Under the pieces are notes generated by a model. The model was given only the letters and a program-made list of their open reading frames with translations, was not told the DNA's origin and did not search any database. The position numbers and the translations under genes are program-made. This document shows positions 54,355-64,000 of a DNA stretch of 64,000 nucleotides, in pieces; positions within the stretch are counted from its first letter, which is position 1, and each line of letters opens with the position of its first letter. Where the stretch lies: contig OZ024753.1 in assembly GCA_964016885.1 (NCBI GenBank), positions 21,080,001 through 21,144,000 of the forward strand. The letters are read 5' to 3'. This DNA comes from Eledone cirrhosa. Its lineage: Eukaryota.

Positions 54355-54547
54355 TTCGCGCATGCGCACTTCGGACCGGCCTTCGCGCATGCGCACTTCG
54401 GACCAGCCTTCGCGCATGCGCACCTCAGAACAGACTTCGCGCATGCGACTACGGACCGGCCTTCGCGCATGCAAAGTACGGACCAGACTTCGCGCATGCG
54501 CACTTCGGACCAGTCTTCGCCTATGCGCACTTCTGACCAGACTTCGT
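54355..54547. repeat. 27-bp CpG-rich tandem repeat, ~7 copies
   Basis: Unit TTCGCGCATGCGCACTTCGGACCGGCC starting at 54355, 54382, 54409, 54436, 54462, 54489 and 54516. Confidence 0.92.
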
Positions 54548-54670
54548 TCAATTTCTGTGTATATTGTCAATTACGATTTTATTTGATCATATCTACATGC
54601 ATATATACTTTCGTATAATATCAATATACACACTACACATGCTAGCAGATATATAATATCGTCTTTTTTT
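54540..54670 (+). mobile_element. Non-autonomous Helitron fragment
   Basis: Reverse complement of parts of 57060-57240; related to the Helitron 3' region 50070-50230. Confidence 0.65.
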
Positions 54671-56730
54671 AATTCAATTCAATTCAATATATTTGGCAGA
54701 AGATAAAACATAGATGCTTCAGATGCCATGTAAGGGGGGGGGGGGGGGGTGAGGGGCAAAATTTACACAGTCGGAAACACAGTGGTCCATCACCGGTCCA
54801 ATTTCGGTTTGAATTGTTGCGTGGTTGGCGCGTTGACTACTTCTTCTGGAAGCCGATTCCAGGGTCCAGAGATCCGGATCGAGAAAGAAGCTTTCCGTCT
54901 ATTTAGGCGAAAGCGGCGGTGAAACAGCTTTTTGTCATGTCCACGTAGACCCCTTTCAAGTGCCGGAGTGAATAGGAGATCTTGAAGGAGATCGTAATGG
55001 CCATTGAAGAGATTGTAAGCCAAAATGAGATCGCCTCGTAGTCATCGACGCTCCAAGGAGAAGAGGTTCAGCTTCTGCAGCCGGCTTTCGTAGGGCAGCT
55101 CATGAACACTGTACCATTCGAGTCACTAGTCGTTGAACTCTCTCCAAGTGATGGATATCCCGGATGAGATATGGGTTTGATGCTTGGATGCCATATTCTA
55201 GGTGCGGTCTCACGAGGGCGACATAGAGAGGCCTGAAAATTTCTGGAGTGAGTTTGGCAAAGGAGCGTCGAAAAGAGAGCTCCTTGCCTTGTTTGCGGCT
55301 TGAATGCAATGTTTTGATGGTTTGAAGGATGAGTCGACCAGCAGACCAAGATCTTTAGTCTCCTCAACCTCCTTCAAAGGAGCAGTGCCACCATTGAAGG
55401 TAAGAGCTGAGTTATAAGCTGTACGCACTGCCATATGTCAACACTTATCGACATTGAGATATAAATCCCAGTCAATGGACCAACTCCAGGCGCGCTGGAG
55501 GCTGGACTTGAGATTGTCGATCTCGCTCCTACGGGCTACCATTTTCACATCATCTGCAAATAGGAGCACTTTTCCACCAATCACGTCCGGCATGTCGTTG
55601 ATGTATAGAAGGAAGATAATTGGAGCCGACACAGAGCCCTAAGGAACGCCACTGCCTACACCCACCCCCGATGACAGACTGCCATTGATCCGAACTCTAC
55701 AAATACCCTCAAAAAATGATCCAATCCACTTTATAATCGAGTCAAGGAGACCGTAGTTGCTGAGCTTATACAGGAGCAGGCGGTGGTTGACAGAGTCAAA
55801 GGTTTTGGCGAAGTCGAGAAAGATAATATCGGCCGCATCTCCATCGTCCACTATCCTCGTCACCCATTCTTCCATCACGAGTAGGATTGTGAGACAGGAA
55901 CGTTTCAGGATGAAACCGTGTTGAAATGGAGAGATGGCAGTGAAAGACGCAAGATGAGCCATAATTGCCCGCTTGATTAGAGATTCCAAGGCCTTACAGA
56001 CAATTGAGGTGTGGCTCACGGGTCTGTAGTTCCTCGGGTCTTCTTTGTCGCCTTTTTTAAAGATAGGGCAAATCGAAGCTACTTTCCAGTCGTCAAAACA
56101 ACTCCGGTAGCCAATGATAGGTTGAATAGTGTGGCTAGAGGTTTAGCAAGATTGGGTGCAACTGCACCCAAAATCGCTGGATGTAGACCGTCTGGACCAT
56201 GCCCCTTACTCACATCTAAGGACAAAAGCAACTTTTCCACCTCGTCCGGTCTGACGGTGGCTGGCTGCATGGGTGGGGCGATCATGCTTAGATTTGGAGG
56301 TTCTCTACCATCATCCTCTTTGAAGATATTTGCGAAAACAGCGGCAAAAAGAGAAGCTTGTTGGCCAGCGTGTTCAATAACTGCACCTTCGGGGTTTCGG
56401 AAAGTGACAATTTGGTTATTCAGTTTTTGATTTCTCTGCACGTGAGCGTAAACGCACTTTGGATTACGACTGGCATCATTTGCAAGTTCCCTTTCAAAAT
56501 TTTGCCTTCCAATTCTGGAAATATGCTCGACACGATTTCACTGCTTTCTGTAGACTTCAAATGCCGCCGCAGACATGGTCTCTTGATAGTGCTCCCAAGC
56601 AGCGTTTCTTAATTTCCCTTCGCGGATAATTGTCTTTGTTATCCAGGGTTTGTGTTTCTTGCGTTTTGGCGTTCTCAGCGGCACTGCCATTTCTGTTAGC
56701 CCAAGTAGAATTTTCTTTATTTCTCGCCAC
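54671..56730 (-). mobile_element. 5'-truncated CR1-clade LINE
   Basis: GPDGLHP, NYRPVS, QHGF..KRSCLT, LDFAKTFDSV, SGVP*GS, LFADDVK, VRPHLEY and GLRGH..KL; (TTGAA)n tail at 54671-54688. Confidence 0.92.
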
Positions 56731-57026
56731 AAAGTGTATCAAGTTGTTAGTTCACTTGTCCCTTTTCCTCTCTTTTTAAAATTTGAATTTATAGCCATTT
56801 TGCAATGTGGGGCAAGTAAACGTAAAATGTAAAATTTCTAAATAGAGATTGCTCTGGAAAAATATATGGAATATTTCTGTAGCTTCCACAGCTTATGTCA
56901 GAACATTTCCCCGGAGTCCAATGAGCAAAAGATTTGTTGTATTTTGATCTTTCAGAATACGAAAATTAATCAAAACCCCATGAAAAACAGTGTGTGTGTT
57001 TCCTATCTATAAGCTGCCTTAAATAT

Positions 57027-57240
57027 ACTATAAGAAAAAACACCCTTCGGGTGGTTTTCTGCTAGCGTGTGTAGTGTGTATATTGATATTATATGCAAGT
57101 ATATATACATGTATATATGATAAATCAAATAAAATCGTAATTGACAATATACACAGAAATTGAACGAAGACTGCGTTACACTGTCTTATGTAATCAGTAA
57201 CGTAATCCATGATACATTTAAAAAAGACGATATTATATAT
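57027..57240 (-). mobile_element. Short non-autonomous Helitron related to the 50054 element
   Basis: Shares CTGCTAG...GTAATCAGTAA.GTAATCCATGATACATTTAAAAAA with 50070-50230; terminal hairpin CACCCttcGGGTG. Confidence 0.7.
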
Positions 57241-57789
57241 AAACTGCATTAGGAGGAAATTAGTGACAGTAAATTAGTATGTTTATTTAAGCGATCGCCA
57301 ACCGGAAGTGTTGACATTTCAGAAATGTTTAAGAAGTGAATCTTTAAATAAACAAAATATATTTAAACAGCCACGAAATTTAGTAGGTAAATTATGTAAT
57401 ATTCATTCATTATTTATTCAAAGTAATCCAACTTATTTTACTAATGGGATAAAAATTATAAACCGTACAGTCCCGCGATCCTCCCTTTATTATAGTTTAG
57501 ATATATATATGTATATGTGTGTGTTAGTGTATGTATGTATATATATATACATATAGTGTGTGTGTATGGTTGTATGCATACGTTTGTGTGCGTGTATATT
57601 CACGTGTGTTTGTATATATATTTATATATTAATCCCCCCCCCCTAATTTCGTTGACAACACGTCCCTTTATCCTTTTAATTTCATTTCTTATTCTTTGTT
57701 TATTTATTTTTTTTAATGTTTTTGATTTTATTTATTTATATCTGTTCCCCAACTACCTCCCAATATATTATGTAGTATCAGGCCTATAC

Positions 57790-57840
<51 letters not shown>

Positions 57841-57841
<1 letters not shown>

Positions 57842-58732
57842 TAGCATTAAAGCCCGGCGTTGCTAGGGGTCAGTAAGTTACCAAAGTTAGGTTGCACCAC
57901 CCATTTTAGGGCAGCACTTTTTTGTCTGCCAGGAACTGGGTGAATGAATTGCAGACCTGGACTGCCGAGCAGGAGCTGCGCCAGCAATGACAATTGTAGT
58001 TTCGCCTATGGAAATTATCTCTGTGCAAAGAAGTGTTGAAATTTATTGTTTCACAGTACTTGCGCAACACGCGCGTAGACGATGCCAGCCGAACAACAGA
58101 GCTACGATGGAGTTGTTCTGCATGGTTGTCTAATGTGTGTTTTCTAAATTTAGGACAGTAGGGAGGGGTGTGATATGGGGGAGAGTTAGCTGCTGTTTCT
58201 AGCAGGTTTAGTGACCTCATAGAGGATATTATTGTGTATAGTAAATAAATTGATACTTCTTTCTTCCACGTTCGTTGAGAGATGTTTTAAAAAAGATTTA
58301 TCGCTATTTTTTTGTTGTTGAATACATTTATCTGTTGCTTTTGAATAATTATTGTTTCGTATGAAATGTAATAAGTTCTCTTCGTTGTCTTCTCACTTCT
58401 TTCTTCGACGTTCCTAAAGGAAAGTTTGTAAGTTTAAGCGTATATAAGAGAAAGTTGCAGCATATATGTAGTTTTATCGAATTTTAAGGGAAGTAGAGAG
58501 AGGTATCAGATTGTATTCGAGGGGTAAAGCGTCATGTATTTAGTTTTATCGATTATTTCCGTAATTGTGGGTGAGTTTGAAATAAATAAATAGTCGTTGA
58601 CCTGAGTTAGACCATTTACAACATCCTTACAGACTTTGAGTCGAATCGGTTTGAAATTGTGCAAATGTATAAACATGGAATATGCACACACACACACAAC
58701 AACAACAACAATCTGCCTTTTATAGATAATGA
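57841..58732 (-). mobile_element. Non-autonomous Helitron, second family
   Basis: 5' TC..ATCTATAAAAGGCAGA and a 3' GC-rich hairpin followed by CTAG at 57841, next to (TA)n. Confidence 0.65.
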
Positions 58733-58757
58733 TATATATGATATATATATGTATGAA

Positions 58758-59200
58758 ACTTGAAGACCGAGATATTTAGATGTTGTCCGCACCTGAAATC
58801 GCATCTACTTTTTAACTGGATTAACATACCTACGATTACTCAACCTTGAGCTTCTCCTTTACTTATCACGCCTGCCACTCACTACCAATTTCATTACTTT
58901 ATGAACACATACTTTCTACCAATATATACTTTTTCTCCCTCATCTCTTTCTATATATCATTTGACTTATATACTCCCCCCTACTATCTACCATACCTTAA
59001 TACATACACACCCACAACCTTTATCCTTTACCCAGATCACTTTTTAACTATATACCCTTATCCAGATCTCATCACAAACACTTACTCTCTACTACAACCT
59101 TTACACCCCTTTCCCCCCTTACCTGTTCTTAATAATTGTTTTTATTATTTTATTTCAGTTTTCCTCCACTTTGTCCTTACTTACCCACTAGGTTTTTAAG
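58758..59200 (+). mobile_element. Hydra-type PLE 3' fragment (same family as 43181)
   Basis: TEIFRCCPHLK end and 3' UTR align with ~43835-44160. Confidence 0.75.
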
Positions 59201-59691
59201 CATACTCACAAAAGGTTATGTGGGCGCATATGCAGACAGGCTTATGTGTACTTACATATATATACGCGTTTTTACTTATATGTATGTGTGTGTATGTGTG
59301 TCTATATATAAATATATATGTATGGATCTATTTGTTTATATGTCTGTATAGATTTACGTATATGTTTATTTGTATGCGTGTGTTGATTTCTTATTGCGTG
59401 CGTGTGTTCGCACGCGTATGTGTACGTATGTACGTGGGTTATGTACCTTTGAGATTCATTTTTCTAATTTATTGTAGTGTTTTTTGTATGTGTATGCATG
59501 TGGATATGTGTGTATATGTTTGTATGTATGTGTGTATATATATATGTGTATGTGTGTGTATATGTATGTGTGTATATATATATATATGTATGTATGTGTG
59601 TATGTATATGTATGCATGTATATGTGTACGTATATTTATTTTATATATATATATATACGTATGTGTGTTTTTGCATGTGTATATAGGTATA

Positions 59692-59769
<78 letters not shown>

Positions 59770-59956
59770 AATCTCCCATAAGGTTGAGATGCAATTTAGG
59801 CAATATTAGGCTGCGCCTTCTAGCAACCAGCCCACTCGCCGTAAGGCACCAATCACATTCTTTCTGACTTGACCACTGACACGTCACAGTTCTTAGCCAT
59901 TTTGAATTCGTTTCTGGCGGGGAACATATAAGAAAAATCTTCGTCCAAGTGAGTTT

Positions 59957-60038
59957 GTTTCCTAATGAGTTCGAAGCTCGAGAATTTATCCTTGATAGGA
60001 TATTTCCGAAAGCGAACGAAACCCTAAAAGGTAGAAAC
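59957..60038 (+). ncRNA. Hammerhead-like motif with mutated core (CUAAUGA) and long stem II
   Basis: GUUUC-CUAAUGA-GUUCG...CGAAC-GAAA-CCCUAAAAGG-UA-GAAAC. Confidence 0.6.
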
Positions 60039-60357
60039 GTAATCCTGGTATGTGTATATGCATTTTTTCTTCTAACTTTAATTTTATACCTAATTGTGTA
60101 TGGTTGACGATATATTTAATCGATTTCCACGTGCTATTGAAATGCTGGGTAAATATTCTATAGCTGTTGATCGCGAATAGATGGCTGTCGTTTATTTATC
60201 TATTATTTCTTCATAGGTGCCTTTTAATCTTATAGCCAGGTTTAATTGATTTTGTGTGTGGTTGATTATGCTAATTGGGAGAGGAAATGGTGTATATATC
60301 TTATCGAATGATTCTATGGACATAATTTATAGTATATATATATATATATATATGTGT

Positions 60358-60507
60358 GTAGGAGGTGAGTTTTATTGTAGTACAATAAAGCAATGCAAAT
60401 ATCGGATAACTTGCACTCTACAGTTTGTAGGACTGGAGTATAAATAATATAAGATCAAAAGATGGTTAAAAGAGTTCAAAGTATTTTATTATGCGCATTT
60501 CAAAACC
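60358..60507 (-). mobile_element. 150-bp 3'-terminal copy of the 27291 PLE, truncated inside its hammerhead
   Basis: Aligns with 27291-27440. Confidence 0.85.
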
Positions 60508-60688
60508 ATATATATATATATGCTTATTTTGTGTATTTGTTTATATTTAAGTTGTTTTTATTCCCCCCTCCTCCCGCACACTCACACCTATCGTTGTCAA
60601 CACGTCCCTCCTTTTTTACTTTATTTTGTTTTTAATTTTAATTTTTACTTCCTTATATATATACTTATATTTTTTGTATTTTTTGTTC

Positions 60689-60731
<43 letters not shown>

Positions 60732-61070
60732 TTGAGTTATTCCTGTTTCCTTACCACTGTCCATATTTGTGTGTACATTTTTGAGTGCATATAAGTCTGT
60801 GCATATGTATGTGTATGTATTTATGTTATTTTCAATTTTTCTATTTAGACGCAAATGCGCTTATGTGAGAAAGTATCCGTCTACGTACTTTTTAGTATAT
60901 GCACGTAGTTGAGTGTGTGTGTGTTTACATTCAGGATATTTATATTTTTATATATATATATGTATATTTTTTCCCCCTTTTTCCTTTTCGTTCGTTTTTT
61001 TCAGCCTCACTTTCATATTTCCTAAATTTTGTTTTCAAATCCATACTTAATAAATACACCATGTTTTTTA

Positions 61071-61131
61071 TTCATTCTGATGACTGAAGACAAACACAAC
61101 ATCTGTCTTCAAGAAACCACTGGTAAATGAA
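61071..61131 (+). ncRNA. Type I hammerhead ribozyme in a ~476-bp tandem repeat unit
   Basis: UUCAUU-CUGAUGA-cUGAAGACA...UGUCUUCAa-GAAA-CCACUGG-UA-AAUGAA; decayed second copy at ~61545-61607. Confidence 0.82.
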
Positions 61132-61927
61132 ATAATTATCTTATGTTGTTTATTACATAACTAAATATATATATATGTGTGTATTTATATATATTTATTT
61201 ATATATGTATGGAGATATGTGCATGAGTGTATATATATTTATACGTTATTACTGAGTACCTGTGTAAATTTGCGCCTGTGTGTGTGCATATGTGAGCAAA
61301 AGATCACACGTTTATATGTGTGTATTTGTATTTCCATGTAGACGCACATATACTTATGTGTGAATGTATACGTTTACGTACTATTACGTTTATGCGTGAG
61401 TTTGAGTGTGTGTATGTTTATGTTTTTGGATATTTATTTATATATTTTTTCCCCTCAAGTTTTTGCCCGTTATTTTATTTCAGCCTCACTTTCATTTATC
61501 CTAAATTCTGTTTTCAAATCCATATTAAATAAATATTTCATTTTATTCTTTCTTTTGAATGAAGACAAACATAAATATCTGTCTTCAAGAAACAACTGGT
61601 AAATGAAATAATTATCTTATGAGTTTATTACATAACTATATATATATATATATATTATATATATTTATATATATTATACATGTATATATAGTTAGTTAGT
61701 CCAGTCTGTCATTATCACTTCACATTCAAGTGTTTCACAACCTAAACTTGCCCCTTCTCCCTTACTTCCCTATCTTCCCACTTTTATTTCTATACAACTA
61801 TTTTCCTTTCCTTTTATATATTTCAGTATAAAATACCATATATACACTGTATGTTCGTATATGTAAGCCACAGCAGTAGATAAGACGCAGACACTTTGTG
61901 TTTACAATATTTTGAATTCATTATTTA

Positions 61928-62033
61928 ATCCCGCCGAGGTTAACTTTGCCTTTCATCCTTACGGGGTCAATAAAATAAAGTACCAGTAATACACTGGATA
62001 ATTGCTGGCCTTGTGCCAAAAGTAGAAACAATT
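61928..62033 (+). mobile_element. tRNA-derived SINE, partial (further copies ~49970-50043 +, ~62406-62485 -, 63678-63777 -)
   Basis: Same core as 8300-8486. Confidence 0.8.
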
Positions 62034-63074
62034 ATTTAATATTTCAAGCTCAAATCAAGGCTCATGAAATAAGTTGCATGTAAATTTTTGCACTCAATTT
62101 TTTTATTAGAGAAAAAAATGCAAATTCTGGATGGCACTTTATTAGGTACACTGTATTAACTTTGTCTATTAACCACAATGTGATCATACATAGAATTAAA
62201 TAGCAAATTTAAATATCAACAAGGGAGTGGATTGGATCAAAGTCATCCCCTAATTCCTGGTGGAATTGTCATGACATATTGGCGTTTCTTGGGTATTTTA
62301 AGTCTGGCAGAGTCCATTCCACTCCAAGTCTGAATACAGCCGATTTCTTCAAGAGAAGAATAGAAAGTAAAGAGAAGTGAGAAAAAGATATAGAGGAAGA
62401 CTCGACACCAGTACTAGACTGGTACTTATTTTATTGACCATGAATGGATGAAAGACAAAGTTGACTTTGGAGGGATTTTAACTCAGAGAGCGAAAATGAA
62501 TACCACAAAACACTCTATACAATGTTCTAACAATCCTGCCAATTCCCCACCTTCTATACAATAAATAGATGTTCTAATGACTCTGTCAATTCCCTGTACT
62601 AATAAACACAGTACACTAAGTAATTACAGGACTAAACTATATTAACTTGAGTGTATGAGAGGTTTACATGTACAACCAGGAATTTGAATCGAAATATAAA
62701 ATCATGACATGGTAAATGGAACTAATGAGAATGTAAATTTAAATACACATTATCGATGAATTTAATAGTTAGGGCATTTTAAATTAAGGAACATTTAGTT
62801 TTCGTTTTTGCATATCCAATGTAGGTTTTGCTTCTAATAAATCCTCCATGGCAAAGAGGGTTTTGGGTTGAATGATACATCTGATTAGTTTTTCTATCAA
62901 ATCTCATTTCACTTTTATTACTGTCTGATGTTTCTAAGGGTTTACAACTTTAAACATAAAGATTGTAATAAAGGAAATTTCATGAAAAAGATTTGGTCAG
63001 CTCCATTGAATGTGTACATGATATTGCATGTAAAGAAATTTACTTTGTTAGTTCAAAAGGCAGCATTGACTATA

Positions 63075-63346
63075 TCGTCATAATCATCCTTATTACATCC
63101 GTTTTGCTATGCTTGGTTGGGTTGGATGGGTCCTTTTTAGCACAGTATCTCTCCCTTCATCGCCTTCCTTCATCATCTCTTCTGTGAGCAATTTTATATC
63201 AGTTCTCACCACCTTCATCCAGGTTTCTTGGTCTACCTCTACTGCAGCTTCCCTCCACTAGGATTCACTAGAACTTCTTCACCCAGCAATCATCATATGT
63301 CCATACCAGCAAAGTTTCCTTTCTTGCACATCACTTCAGATTCCTC
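63075..63346 (-). mobile_element. Old RTE 3' fragment
   Basis: Diverged match to 3110-3400. Confidence 0.7.
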
Positions 63347-64000
63347 TTAACCCTTTAGCATTCAAAACTACCCAAACCTGCCGAAATTATTTCCCCTTTA
63401 TTTGTTAAAACTGGCCAACAACGCCCACACTAAAATATCAGTCTAAAAATACCGTCATCAAAATCTCGTCAATTCGAGATTACTGCAAGATTGGGCATTT
63501 ACCGCAAAAATTAACACTTAATGTAGTGAAACAACTTGAAACAACACGTGTGTTTTTTTTAACGTTGAAAGTAGAACAGATTTTTGTTTGTGTATCAACA
63601 TGGCTTGTGAAAGTAGCGATACCAAGTTTAAAGGTTTTACACACGACGACATTCAGAATGAACAAGAAACAAAAGATAATTGTTTCTACTTTAGGCACAA
63701 GGCCAGCAATTACCTGGTACTTTATTTTATCGACCCCGTAAGGATGAAGGGCAAAGTCAACCTTGGCGGGATTTGAAACAAAAGATAATATTAGTGATTG
63801 GCATACGTTAAGAATGGCGTTCGTGAAAGTGAAAGTAAATTTTTTGACAAGTGAATTTTTTTTTTTTTTTTTTTACAATGAAAGTTACGATACACACGCA
63901 ATTGTATGGATTTCTTAATATATATATATGTGTGGGTGTGTATATATGTGTGTACACTGTGAATTTGTTTGTTTATTTACAACAGGTCTCTATAGTGATA

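Noticed and set aside
54233-54618. Tandem array as a CRISPR, or its repetitive ORFs as proteins
   Set aside because: Units are head-to-tail with no unique spacers, there are no cas genes, and the context is eukaryotic.
63347-63490. TTAA-CCCTTTAGCA piggyBac-like terminus
   Set aside because: No matching second TIR found within the window.

Overview
Eukaryotic, AT-rich, almost wholly repeat-derived DNA. The SINE and RTE families look like those of octopod cephalopods (inference). No host gene could be identified with confidence. Contents: decayed LINEs (Tx1/L1-like, R4/Dong-like, several RTE, two CR1); a CsRn1-clade Ty3/Gypsy LTR element (11167-16427, minus); a frameshifted Rep/Pif1 Helitron plus non-autonomous Helitrons; tRNA-derived SINEs; a Tigger-type MITE; and long (TA)n/(CA)n tracts. 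The many Y/I/C/V/H/T-rich ORFs over those tracts are translation artefacts. Three things stand out. (1) A dense, nested pile-up of Penelope-like elements (PLEs) and non-coding fold-back derivatives sits in (TA)n tracts, mainly 17-39 kb and again 59-62 kb. I read nine type I hammerhead ribozymes with intact cores plus several variant ones, often as antiparallel pairs and some with very long stem II insertions. (2) A ~10 kb nested palindrome is built from these elements. (3) The Gypsy copy has a 32-nt tRNA-Trp primer-binding site fused directly to the middle of gag. All coordinates and folds were read by eye and need computational confirmation.
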